A DNA stretch of 32,000 nucleotides from Calothrix sp. NIES-4105 (GCA_002368415.1 AP018290.1:10893121-10925120); one strand, 5' to 3'; numbered from the stretch's first letter, positions 1 through 8,669 are shown. Numbers and translations are program-made. The notes: generated from the letters alone by a model not told the origin.

Positions 1-2
1 GT

Positions 3-260
3 GAACTACCTTTTAACATCAAGTCTCCACGTTACGAAGACTATACCCGCGCGAAACTTGGTTTCCCTCAAATTATCTGGCAAACCGAAGTACGTCGCTA
101 TGTACCTCAAGAGAAGAAGGCAAAAGCTGGCGACCCAGCAAACTTCTTGTCTATGGCACAAAGTTACGGTCAAATTGGCAACAACCCACAACGCTTGTCA
201 CCTTTCAACGTTGACATTAACAAAGATGTTCCTTATCGTCAAAAATCTGGCATAAGATAA
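3..260 (+). CDS. cpcG: 3' end of a phycobilisome rod-core linker (CpcG-like) gene, truncated by the window start
   Basis: Frame 3 is open from the window edge to TAA at 258-260. It reads ELPFNIKSPRYEDYTRAKLGFPQIIWQTEVRRYVPQEKKAKAGDPANFLSMAQSYGQIGNN... The PFNxxxPRYxDYxxxKL ... NFLxMAxS pattern matches my memory of CpcG C-terminal regions. The frame-1 GTG ORF in the track (1..255) has an implausible protein composition. Confidence 0.5.
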   Translation, partial: ELPFNIKSPRYEDYTRAKLGFPQIIWQTEVRRYVPQEKKAKAGDPANFLSMAQSYGQIGNNPQRLSPFNVDINKDVPYRQKSGIR

Positions 261-296
261 GATACGCGCAAGCATAACATCTAAATATCTCAAAAA

Positions 297-338
297 TTGG
301 TCATTAGTCGTTAGTCAAGAATCAAGAGTTAAGAGTTG
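297..338. repeat. STRR-like degenerate tandem heptamers (TTGGTCA TTAGTCG TTAGTCA AGAATCA AGAGTTA AGAGTTG)
   Basis: Six consecutive 7-nt units read directly. GGTCATTAGTC (299-309) is the reverse complement of GACTAATGACC (373-383), giving a long-loop hairpin just 3' of the cpcG-like stop. Confidence 0.6.
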
Positions 339-503
339 TACTTCAACTTTCAGCTTTCGGTTCAGGGCTTGAGACTAATGACCTTGGTTTTTAGTGGAAT
401 TAGGAATGAATGAAAACCGCTTTGGTTCTCTAAAAATTAAAATCGTTTATACAACCAGAATAATATTCTCATGCTAATAATGTGTGAAGGTGCGTGTAAT
501 AGG

Positions 504-695
504 TCATGATTTTTTAGGCTTTTCAGCTTTCCAGGTTCCACCATATACATAAAATGGGTTATCCTGACTAATTTTCTGCCAGCAATCAGGACATGTAAAT
601 ACCCAATCACCTTCTTCTTCGTATTTAACTCGGTATAAAACTGGTGCAGGTTGATTACAAAAGTGACAAGGTTTGACGCGCGCTCTGACTGCCAT
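504..695 (-). CDS. Small zinc-ribbon protein (63 aa, CxxC...CxxC)
   Basis: The ORF has Cys pairs CHFC and CPDC about 20 residues apart and a basic tail. Its ATG lies 3 nt after the stop of the upstream 896-aa gene, so the two are probably co-transcribed. Confidence 0.6.
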   Translation of the reverse strand: MAVRARVKPCHFCNQPAPVLYRVKYEEEGDWVFTCPDCWQKISQDNPFYVYGGTWKAEKPKKS

Positions 696-698
696 ATT

Positions 699-3389
699 TT
701 AATGGATTAGTATCGCTAATAGTACTATTATAGCAAATTCAGTAAATAATACCCATTTGTAGACTTTAATTTGCGTTTCTAACTGTTGAAGCTTGAGTAT
801 TAAGTCATTTACTTTTGGTCGCTGTTGTTTTTGTATAAATGTAGCCAAATAGTCATGAACAAGTTGATAGCGGTCGTCAGGATTTGCTGGAATTAAAACA
901 ACAATACCTGCTGCCACAAAAATATTTAAGACTATATCTAATCTACTGTCATCTATGGACGCTTGTTTCCAATTGTTATCGATAATTCTTAACATAAAAG
1001 CTTGTTTCAACTCTGAATGAGTTTTTGCAGGACGAATTGCTTTTTCGTCAGTGAGTAGATATAATAATATTTCTGCTATTTTTTGGTTCTCTTGACCACA
1101 GTCTTGAATAACTTCTTGTAAATAGCGTTTGACTAATTCTTGTTTAGGACCTCGCTGTTGATACTGTAATGATGTTGTAATATTTTCAGTTTCTAATTGC
1201 GCGCAAACGATTTGTAACTCAATTGGTCTTACTTCACCAAATTTAATCGCTAAGTCATCTACTAAACGTTCGATTAAATCTAATTCTAAATGGTGTTTGG
1301 AACGTTCGCTCAGGCGCCCAATTAGTGTTTTTGCATCGTTTGTTGAAAAATTACCTATCTCATATAGAACATTTTTACTCAAAACATCATAACTAATAAT
1401 ATTCATGCTGGGGATACGAATACATTCGAGTAAGTAATGCAAATAATCTTTTCGTAGTGATAAAATAACTTTTACTCCTAGTAAATTTAAACACTCACCT
1501 AAAAAATGAAAAAATTCATATCGCTGCTGATAAGTATTGTATTTAAACAAAAACTCCTCAAATTGGTCAAAAATTAAGACAAATTTGAAATTATATGACA
1601 AAGAGTCTTTGAGAATTTGCAGAAGCTTATCTGGTGTCACTTTCTCGGCTTTTTTATGAATTTTTGTTAGTAACACAAATGCCAGCGCGTTATCTAATTC
1701 ATCAACCCAGCAGTCATAAAATCGCATGTATACTGTGGTGATATTAATATTCGTTTTAATACTTGTTCGTTTTAAAGCCGGAATTAACCCAGCTTGTAGA
1801 AGCGAAGTTTTTCCAACACCAGAATATCCATGAATAACGATAAGTTTATGGTCAGGACGCATAATTCGCTCTAGCAACTGCTTAATATCTCGTCCTCGTC
1901 CAGAAGCTGTAATTTCCGGCGCCAGTGTTTCTTCTAATGATTTATTATCTACAGCATCAATAATTTGCGTTAAACTTGACTGTGGTTTGCGCTGTGCTTG
2001 GATTTTTCCGGCGCCGATAAAAGCTCGAAACCCATATTGTTGTTCGGTCGAACGTATTTCTAACTTACATTTGTAAGCTTCTAAATAGCGGTTTTGTTTC
2101 CAATAAACAGCTTTTAATAGCTGTAAAATTTGAATATATTGAGTTGGATTATCTTTGTTACCAAGAGAACGTGCTTGTAACAAATGTTTGATTGCACGCA
2201 GCGTTTGTCCTAATTTGAGTTCTGAAGATGCAAGCAATAATAAATATAATCCTTGATATTGTGCTGCTGAATCTTTAGTACTATAATGTAGTGCTTGATA
2301 TGCATCTTGCTTTGCCTTCTTCCAAAGTCGTTTACTCAAAGCAACTTCTGCTAAAAAACCATAAACGCGCGCGACTCGTGTAGAGTTACCATAAAGCTTT
2401 TGTAAATCTAAAGCATTTAAAGCCAGACGCTGCAAATCATCCCAAGCTTCTAAACGTTTTAGTGTTTCACCCAGTGGGTTAATAAATTTAGCAACTAAAT
2501 TTAGATGATTCGCTTGGGTAAATATATCAATACACTGTTCAAAAAAGTTTCTTGCTTGCTTTAAGTACTCTTGTGAGTTTGTAATATTCTCAGATTTTTG
2601 ATAATAACACAAACCAATATGAAAAAATAGTATCCCTGCCCGCATTTTGTTAAATAATGTTTTTTCTTGCCTCCAATAAATTAAACTACGCTGGAGATAA
2701 TCTAAGGCAGTATCGATTTGATTATTTAAATAAGCTTGTTGACCGCGCACAAAATCTACACTTGCTTTTAATGAGGGTTGGAGATGGTACTGTATTAACT
2801 GTAAATCATGATGATATCTAATAATTTCGTTACGACGTATGTATCCTATTTGCCAACCAATAGAATATGTATCTGATGCTAGTGCAACTTCAAAAATAGC
2901 ATTGGTGTCACGTTTTAATTGTTTGATTAATTCATCAGTTGTAATGGTAAACTCTATCGTGGTAGCCCAACTTTCAAAATCACTCGATAATCGCATCATT
3001 TTGCCTAAAACTTCGTCGTTAACCCACAAAACAATCGGGAAATTAAAGTTTTTACGGAATTCTTCGCGAATTAGGTTTGTTGCAATTATTAATTGATCTA
3101 AATTTGATACATATTCTAAACCCCATACCATGATTGCTTTTGGTTGCTTTGGTAGAAGCGTTTCAATTTTTTTGTATAAGCTGTTTTCTGTTTTCCTCAA
3201 GCTGAGAACAGGAATTTTAGTGTTTGTTAGTTTTTGCAAGTGTTTGTACAGAACTGAGCGTAATAGAACGTAGTTACAGCGTGCTAGGATTAATCTGAAT
3301 TCATCTTGTGATGCTGAAAGTGTCCATGCTAGCTCTTCTAGCGCTGGAGAAATTTCTAGATGGGCGCCGATTTCTTTTTTGTCTGGCAT
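699..3389 (-). CDS. Multidomain TPR plus STAND-like P-loop NTPase with a C-terminal membrane anchor (896 aa)
   Basis: Walker A is KLIVIHGYSGVGKTSLLQAGLIPAL (aa ~515-540, nt ~1800-1830). Walker B is FVLIFDQFEEFLF (aa ~603-615). VRPIELQIVCAQL follows downstream, and these motifs are typical of cyanobacterial NACHT/nSTAND-type NTPases. Residues ~200-450 are TPR-like helical repeats. The N-terminal ~160 aa resemble an alpha/beta NTPase-like fold without a GKT loop (FRLILARCN ... PIVLWVNDE). The last ~20 aa (WVLFTEFAIIVLLAILIH) form a hydrophobic helix. Confidence 0.8.
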   Translation of the reverse strand: MPDKKEIGAHLEISPALEELAWTLSASQDEFRLILARCNYVLLRSVLYKHLQKLTNTKIPVLSLRKTENSLYKKIETLLPKQPKAIMVWGLEYVSNLDQLIIATNLIREEFRKNFNFPIVLWVNDEVLGKMMRLSSDFESWATTIEFTITTDELIKQLKRDTNAIFEVALASDTYSIGWQIGYIRRNEIIRYHHDLQLIQYHLQPSLKASVDFVRGQQAYLNNQIDTALDYLQRSLIYWRQEKTLFNKMRAGILFFHIGLCYYQKSENITNSQEYLKQARNFFEQCIDIFTQANHLNLVAKFINPLGETLKRLEAWDDLQRLALNALDLQKLYGNSTRVARVYGFLAEVALSKRLWKKAKQDAYQALHYSTKDSAAQYQGLYLLLLASSELKLGQTLRAIKHLLQARSLGNKDNPTQYIQILQLLKAVYWKQNRYLEAYKCKLEIRSTEQQYGFRAFIGAGKIQAQRKPQSSLTQIIDAVDNKSLEETLAPEITASGRGRDIKQLLERIMRPDHKLIVIHGYSGVGKTSLLQAGLIPALKRTSIKTNINITTVYMRFYDCWVDELDNALAFVLLTKIHKKAEKVTPDKLLQILKDSLSYNFKFVLIFDQFEEFLFKYNTYQQRYEFFHFLGECLNLLGVKVILSLRKDYLHYLLECIRIPSMNIISYDVLSKNVLYEIGNFSTNDAKTLIGRLSERSKHHLELDLIERLVDDLAIKFGEVRPIELQIVCAQLETENITTSLQYQQRGPKQELVKRYLQEVIQDCGQENQKIAEILLYLLTDEKAIRPAKTHSELKQAFMLRIIDNNWKQASIDDSRLDIVLNIFVAAGIVVLIPANPDDRYQLVHDYLATFIQKQQRPKVNDLILKLQQLETQIKVYKWVLFTEFAIIVLLAILIH

Positions 3390-3397
3390 TGATTATA

Positions 3398-3471
3398 TTA
3401 CCACAGAGACGCAGAGTACACAGAGAGATGTTTGTTTAATTAACCACAAAGGACACAAAGGACACAAAGAG
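3398..3471. repeat. Intergenic short-repeat block A (TTACCACAGAGACGCAGAGTACACAGAGAG) plus B (AACCACAAAGGACACAAAGGACACAAAGAG)
   Basis: Read directly. B (3442-3469) is the perfect reverse complement of 4888-4915. A (3398-3425) matches the reverse complement of 5073-5100 at 25 of 28 positions. Confidence 0.75.
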
Positions 3472-3485
3472 AAGAGAGAAGATGT

Positions 3486-4853
3486 TTATGGGTAGGAGGG
3501 GGTGTTTCCTAATTCTTCTGCTTCTACTAATATTGGGTTTACGTCAAACCAAGATTCTCCGTTATAGTTACGGTATTCAAAGACTAAACGACTGTGAATG
3601 AGTGTTTGATAATCTTTATCACCGCCAACTTTTTTGCGTATACGGACTTGTCGCAGTAGTTCCCATTCTTCATCACTAATTTGCATTGTCATTTCGTTAC
3701 GACGTGAACGAATTAAAGCTTCGAGAGTTTCTCTTTGCAAGGGCAGTGTTCTTTGGCGTTGAATCCAGTTATTTAATAATCTGAGTAAGTCACGTACATG
3801 ACCACCACTGATTTGACATAAACGGTCTAAACTTTGGGGTGTGTCAAAAATCTTGGTAATTCGACTCAAACGTGTACTAGCGTCTAAATTCGGAAAAGCA
3901 CGCACCAATACCATTTGACGCATCAATTCCATACCAGGTTCACAAGAACTACCATCTTTGTAATGTACTGGCACCATTGGCAACACTCTTGCATCTTCTG
4001 GAAAGCGTTGTGTCAAGTTGTTGTAGTCGTTCGAGAACTTCAGAGCTAACGGCATTGTGTAAACTACATGACAATTCAGCTTGGTTAAATACTCGCTTTG
4101 GTCGATAAATAAATACTCTTGTTGCGGGCGCCCCCAAGGTTTGACACGGTTGTCGATGCGGTCGAGGTTATCAATGATGACGACAAGTCCATTTTTACCG
4201 CGCTGTTTCAATTTTGTAGTGGCAGGTTCTAACAACTCTTTATTTATCGCTTCCAAAAGCTTACTCTTTTGAGGCGCCAGATACTGATTGAGTCGTTCGC
4301 GTAATGTTGCGTCACCTTTAGTTCGGGTTGTAATTTCGCCAATTCCCATAGAGAGTGAAAACTTTTCTTTCTCCGAGTTAAAACCGATATCACCAACAAC
4401 CGGAATTTTTGCTTTTATTCCTGTAACTTCTGCATTCAACACTTTCCAGGCGCCTTGAAGCAATTCCTTAAGTTTATCAGGTTCACTTAACTTGATATCA
4501 ATCAAACTCTGGCTGACGTGACGTGCAACAGCTAACAAAAAATCACCAATATCCACATCTGCCATTTCCAAGTCTTGACTTGACTCAAAGTAAACTACAT
4601 AAAAATTTTCTTTTTCCAATTCTGATTTTAGTTGCAATAATTCGGTAGATTTACCACAGCCAATATGACCAGTAAACAACTGACAAGTTGGTTCTTCAGG
4701 AGAGAAAAAAGTAATATTATCTCTCAACTCCTCAATAATCTTACCACCTCTAACCGTAGAAAAATCAATATATAACTTCTGGTCTTCAATATTATCAAAA
4801 GCCAGCGTTTTACTAGGATTAGTCGCCTGATAAAAAGCACGTAAATCTACCAT
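3486..4853 (-). CDS. P-loop ATPase (AAA+/ORC-like, 455 aa) of unknown function
   Basis: Walker A is CQLFTGHIGCGKSTELLQL (aa ~57-75). Walker B is GLVVIIDNLDRID (aa ~222-234). A sensor-like GGHVRDLLRLL follows, then a helical C-terminal region. No recognisable nuclease, protease or TIR effector domain was seen. Confidence 0.8.
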   Translation of the reverse strand: MVDLRAFYQATNPSKTLAFDNIEDQKLYIDFSTVRGGKIIEELRDNITFFSPEEPTCQLFTGHIGCGKSTELLQLKSELEKENFYVVYFESSQDLEMADVDIGDFLLAVARHVSQSLIDIKLSEPDKLKELLQGAWKVLNAEVTGIKAKIPVVGDIGFNSEKEKFSLSMGIGEITTRTKGDATLRERLNQYLAPQKSKLLEAINKELLEPATTKLKQRGKNGLVVIIDNLDRIDNRVKPWGRPQQEYLFIDQSEYLTKLNCHVVYTMPLALKFSNDYNNLTQRFPEDARVLPMVPVHYKDGSSCEPGMELMRQMVLVRAFPNLDASTRLSRITKIFDTPQSLDRLCQISGGHVRDLLRLLNNWIQRQRTLPLQRETLEALIRSRRNEMTMQISDEEWELLRQVRIRKKVGGDKDYQTLIHSRLVFEYRNYNGESWFDVNPILVEAEELGNTPSYP

Positions 4854-4887
4854 TCTTCTATTCCTTCCTTCCTTTCTTTCTTTCTTT

Positions 4888-4915
4888 CTTTGTGTCCTTT
4901 GTGTCCTTTGTGGTT
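4888..4915. repeat. Repeat B' (CTTTGTGTCCTTTGTGTCCTTTGTGGTT), inverted copy of 3442-3469
   Basis: 28/28 reverse-complement identity. It is preceded by a 30-nt polypyrimidine tract, (TTCC)n(TTTC)n, at 4861-4890. Confidence 0.75.
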
Positions 4916-5072
4916 CGTCATCTAAATAATTCAGTAAATTTACTGTTTACAAATACAAAAAAGCAATAATACTTACATAAAAAATAGATAATCAGAACTT
5001 AATATAATGGTATATTTTTTATCAGCAAAGTGTTTAGTCTATAAAAATACATCTACCAAAAATACTTCTCAT

Positions 5073-5100
5073 CTCTGTGTTCTCTGTGCCTCTGTGGTAA
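5073..5100. repeat. Repeat A' (CTCTGTGTTCTCTGTGCCTCTGTGGTAA), inverted copy of 3398-3425
   Basis: 25/28 reverse-complement identity by eye. Related units occur at 11851-11877 (CTCTTCTGCGTGTCTTTGCGGTAA) and 25061-25098 (CTTTGCGTCCTTAGCGTTCTTTGCGGTT). Confidence 0.65.
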
Positions 5101-5136
5101 AAATTATTTATACTCCTACAGAGGCATAAAGCAACA

Positions 5137-6399
5137 ATGAGTAACATTACCTGGGCGCCAAATAATAAACGGCGTATCAAAGCAATCTTAGTAGTTATCT
5201 TCGTATGGAGTGCAGTAAGTTTGATGCACTTAATACCCGTGACACAGTGGATAATAATAGGATTAACAATAATTTTGACTTGGCAAACAGTAAGAATGCT
5301 AGTTGCAAAACCAAAGACTTTGGCGCCATCCCAAGTTTTACCTACAGTATCAATCTTGGTTCCAGCTAAAAATGAAAGTGCTGTCTTACCTAATATCGTT
5401 ACAAGTTTGTTCAACCTAGACTATCCAGCTTCACATTTAGATATTTGGGTTATTGACGATGGCAGTACAGATGATACCCGTGAATGCTTGAATAAACTAC
5501 AGTCTCAATTTCCAAAACTACAAATTCATCATCGACAATTTTCTAGCGGTGGCAAATCTGGTGCCTTAAATGCAGTATTTCCACGTTCCACAGGGGAAAT
5601 TATCCTCGTTTGTGATGCTGACGCACAACTTCCCATTAATTTTCTACGGCAAATAGTTTTCCTGTTTGAAAACGAAACAGTTGGTGCTGTGCAGGTACGC
5701 AAAACGATTGCTAACCGTAATGTTAATTTTTTAACTCGCTGTCAGCAAATGGAAATGAGTTGTGATGCTTGGTTACAAACTCATCGTATTGCAGTTTTCG
5801 GAATGACTGAACTTAGAGGAAGTGGCATGTTTGTACGTCGCCATTTGCTAGAAAAATGTAATGGTTGGAATGAGAATACCGTTACCGATGATTTAGACTT
5901 GACATTTAGACTTTATATAGCAGGAAGCGAGATTGAATTTCTTACGGCGCCTACAATTGAAGAACAAGGAGTAATAACCTTAGAACAACTTTGGCATCAA
6001 CGCTATCGTTGGTCACTTGGAGGTTATCAACGCTATTTAGATTATTTTCCGCAAATACTAACTTTAGGTTGGAATAAAGAAATAGATTTATTATTATTTT
6101 TATTACTACAGTTTATCTTACCAATTGGACTAATCCCTGATTTACTCTGGACAATTTTTTATAGTCACCATCCAGTTTTGTTTCCGCTTCAAACTCTTCT
6201 GGGTATAATTCTTACTATTGGTTTCGTTACAAGCCTATACCAATTCCAAAATTTACGCGGATGGTCTTTATTATCGGCAACGCTTCAGGGTTCCGTTTAC
6301 ATGCTGCACTGGATACCAGTTATGATTCTGACCACTCTCAGCTTATGTATAAAGCCTTCTCAGTTAAACTGGGTAAAAACAGAGCATTATGGAAATTAA
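5137..6399 (+). CDS. Family-2 glycosyltransferase (processive, membrane-embedded type)
   Basis: N-terminal TM helices. GT-A motifs VSILVPAKNE, VIDDGSTDDT and VCDADA (DxD). QRYRW (QxxRW) is followed by several C-terminal TM helices. Confidence 0.85.
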   Translation: MSNITWAPNNKRRIKAILVVIFVWSAVSLMHLIPVTQWIIIGLTIILTWQTVRMLVAKPKTLAPSQVLPTVSILVPAKNESAVLPNIVTSLFNLDYPASHLDIWVIDDGSTDDTRECLNKLQSQFPKLQIHHRQFSSGGKSGALNAVFPRSTGEIILVCDADAQLPINFLRQIVFLFENETVGAVQVRKTIANRNVNFLTRCQQMEMSCDAWLQTHRIAVFGMTELRGSGMFVRRHLLEKCNGWNENTVTDDLDLTFRLYIAGSEIEFLTAPTIEEQGVITLEQLWHQRYRWSLGGYQRYLDYFPQILTLGWNKEIDLLLFLLLQFILPIGLIPDLLWTIFYSHHPVLFPLQTLLGIILTIGFVTSLYQFQNLRGWSLLSATLQGSVYMLHWIPVMILTTLSLCIKPSQLNWVKTEHYGN

Positions 6400-6401
6400 T
6401 T

Positions 6402-8117
6402 ATGCTAGACCTGATAATTAAAAACGGTTTAGTTTTTGATGGCTTAGGAACGGCGCCTGTTCGTAGAGATATTGGTATTCAAAATGGGCAAATTGTCAAT
6501 ATTGCTTCATCGTTATCTATGGAAGCACGTGAAATGATTGATGCAACTGGGTTATGGGTAACACCTGGTTTTATCGATATTCATACGCACTATGATTTAG
6601 AGGTGGAGATTGCACCAGGACTAAGTGAGTCGGTACGTCATGGTGTTACAAGTGTAGTCATTGGTAATTGTAGTTTATCTGTAGCAATCGGGGCGCCGCA
6701 AACACTAGCAGATATTTTTCAGCGAGTTGAAACGCTTTCGCATCGACTAATTGAGAAATGGTTACAAAAATCTGTATCATGGCAAACTCCCAAAGAATAT
6801 TTACAGCATTTACAGCAGTTGCCATTAGGACCAAACGTAGCTGCAATGTTTGGACATAGTGCATTACGCGCGCATGTTATGGGGTTAGAACGCAGTTTAA
6901 AAGCTCAACCCAATGAACAAGAGTTAAAAACAATGCGGGATATTGCAGCAACTGCATTAGATGCTGGATTTATTGGTATCTCTATAGATATGTTTCCTTG
7001 GCATTTAATGAGCGGTGAATGGAGTGGTTGTACGATTCCATCGCAACATGCTCAATATAAAGAATACGTAATGCTGGCAAATTTGTGTCGTCAACGCGAT
7101 AAAGTCTTTCAGGTAACTCCCAACTTACAGCGACTTGCTTCGTTTTGGGAGATCTTTCGGATGAGTCTAGGAAAAAAACCTTTGCGCTTAACTGTACTTT
7201 CTGCTTTAGATGCTGTCCACAATCGTAAACTATGGCGGGTTTTCTCTCCTATCCTATTTATTTGGAACCGAATATTTAGAGGTAATGTCCGGTTTCAAAC
7301 TTTAACAGAACCTTTTACTATTTATTCCAACGGTTCAGTTACACCTTTATTTGAGGAATTCAAGAGTGGTGTACAACTCAATGGTTGTCAGTCAAGAGAA
7401 GAACGTCAACAATTATGGACATCACCTGGTTTTGTTTCCCAATTTCGGCGAGACTGGTGCAATAAATGGCGCCAATCATTTCATCGTCAGTTAGAACATA
7501 TGGAAATTGTAAGTTGTCCGGATGAAATATTTTGGCAGGGACTAAGTTTTGCCGAAGTCGCGCGTAAAAAACAGCAAGACCCTTTAGATTTTTTTATCGA
7601 AGTACTACAGTTATATGATACAGATTTACGGTGGGTCGCAACAGGCGCCAATGACCGACTCGAACCAAGAAAAGCGATGATGGCACATCCCCATATTTTA
7701 CCTGGATTTACTGATGCAGGGGCACATGTGCGAAACCTAGGATATTATGATGGCGCCTTGTCTTTACTTAAACAAGCTGTTGTCACACAATTTATGAAAC
7801 CAGAAACAGCCATTCATCGTGTTACCGGAGAACCTGCTAACTGGTTTCGTTTAAATACGGGAGTAATCAAGATTGGCGCCAAAGCCGATATAATTATTAT
7901 CAACCCTGATGCACTCAATCAGCCAATTAGCCCACAGGTAGAAGTTTTTGACCCAGTACTCAATGGTGAACTGCGAATGGTCAAACGTGGTTCAGAAGAA
8001 ATTATCAAAGCTGTATATATAAATGGAGTAAAAGTTGTTGAGCAGGGTAAACCAAATGAACGCTTAGGTCAAGAACGACTGGGAACAGTTTTATATAATA
8101 AATTAACAAATGACTAA
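6402..8117 (+). CDS. Amidohydrolase of the D-aminoacylase / N-acyl-D-amino-acid deacylase family
   Basis: MLDLIIKNGLVFDGLGTAPVRRDIGIQNGQIVNI ... TPGFIDIHTHYD is the typical N-terminus and metal-binding HxH of this family. I chose the ATG at 6402, 2 nt after the GT2 stop. The 6261 start in the track would overlap the GT2 gene by 139 nt. Confidence 0.8.
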   Translation: MLDLIIKNGLVFDGLGTAPVRRDIGIQNGQIVNIASSLSMEAREMIDATGLWVTPGFIDIHTHYDLEVEIAPGLSESVRHGVTSVVIGNCSLSVAIGAPQTLADIFQRVETLSHRLIEKWLQKSVSWQTPKEYLQHLQQLPLGPNVAAMFGHSALRAHVMGLERSLKAQPNEQELKTMRDIAATALDAGFIGISIDMFPWHLMSGEWSGCTIPSQHAQYKEYVMLANLCRQRDKVFQVTPNLQRLASFWEIFRMSLGKKPLRLTVLSALDAVHNRKLWRVFSPILFIWNRIFRGNVRFQTLTEPFTIYSNGSVTPLFEEFKSGVQLNGCQSREERQQLWTSPGFVSQFRRDWCNKWRQSFHRQLEHMEIVSCPDEIFWQGLSFAEVARKKQQDPLDFFIEVLQLYDTDLRWVATGANDRLEPRKAMMAHPHILPGFTDAGAHVRNLGYYDGALSLLKQAVVTQFMKPETAIHRVTGEPANWFRLNTGVIKIGAKADIIIINPDALNQPISPQVEVFDPVLNGELRMVKRGSEEIIKAVYINGVKVVEQGKPNERLGQERLGTVLYNKLTND

Positions 8118-8523
8118 AAATCTCAGAAATACTATAAATAATAATATCAAAGACCATCCATTTACAGAATACTGGGACATATTTGTTCTTAAACATCAGC
8201 ACCCTATAAACATCGCCTTTCATATTCTAGGAATATTTGTATTTTACAGTTTACTATTAAGCACCGTTTATTTCCACAACGTTTGGTTACTCTGCGCTTT
8301 ACCTCTCACACAATTAATAGGTTTGACTGGTCATTTATTATTTGAACGCAGCCATATTGATATACAAGATGCAGTCTTCACTTTGCGCGCGTCTCGTTGT
8401 CTAGGAAAAATGCTATGGAGAGTTATACTAGGGAAATATAAACAGGACGTTCAACAACGGTTGGATGTATTATGTAACTTTTCACATACTTACCCCTTAT
8501 CGGCGCCAAGGGATTGCGAGTAA
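8110..8523 (+). CDS. Mpo1-like / DUF962 membrane protein
   Basis: YWDIFVLKHQHPINIAFHILG fits the HxxxxNxxxHxxG signature of DUF962. It is followed by TM helices and a second His-containing segment (GHLLFERSHID). The ATG overlaps the preceding gene by 8 nt. Confidence 0.7.
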   Translation: MTKNLRNTINNNIKDHPFTEYWDIFVLKHQHPINIAFHILGIFVFYSLLLSTVYFHNVWLLCALPLTQLIGLTGHLLFERSHIDIQDAVFTLRASRCLGKMLWRVILGKYKQDVQQRLDVLCNFSHTYPLSAPRDCE

Positions 8524-8536
8524 AATGATTGTATTG

Positions 8537-8669
8537 CTCTTAGGGACTTCCAAAAATTAAATTTTCCCAGAATGTGGGATGGGCATCCTGCCCGTCTCAT
8601 ATACAGGGCGGGCTTTTGACGCCCACCCCACAATAAAATTTTGGGTATTTAATTGGAAGTCCCTTAGAG
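8537..8669. mobile_element. MITE-like hairpin repeat (~133 bp) with imperfect terminal inverted repeats
   Basis: CTCTTAGGGACTTCCAA (8537-8553) pairs with TTGGAAGTCCCTTAGAG (8653-8669) at 15 of 17 positions. The internal core is CCCAGAATGTGGGATGGGCATCCTGCCCGTC ... GACGCCCACCCCAC. Core-related copies occur at 12721-12746, 14364-14389 (inverted) and 24516-24560. Confidence 0.55.

Noticed and set aside
1-255. Frame-1 GTG ORF (84 aa) and antisense ORF 6..191 from the track
   Set aside because: The protein sequences are compositionally implausible. Frame 3 on the plus strand gives a natural-looking CpcG-like C-terminus running in from the window edge.
3398-3471. Possible CRISPR array or spacer-repeat structure in the short tandem repeats
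   Set aside because: The units are 8-10 nt with no unique spacers of CRISPR size, and only 2-3 copies are present. They belong to a dispersed intergenic repeat family. No CRISPR array is present anywhere in the window.
2839-4272. ORFs 2839..3096(+), 3949..4137(-) and 4081..4272(+)
   Set aside because: They lie entirely inside, and antisense to or out of frame with, the long motif-supported ATPase genes. They have no motifs of their own.
5034-5414. 126-aa minus-strand ORF overlapping the GT2 start
   Set aside because: It is antisense to the N-terminal TM region of a well-supported GT2 gene, and hydrophobic mirror ORFs are a common artefact. It also runs through the dispersed repeat A'.
6261-6401. 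N-terminal 47-codon extension of the amidohydrolase ORF
   Set aside because: It would overlap the GT2 gene by 139 nt. The family-typical N-terminus (MLDLIIKNG...) begins at the ATG at 6402, 2 nt after the GT2 stop.
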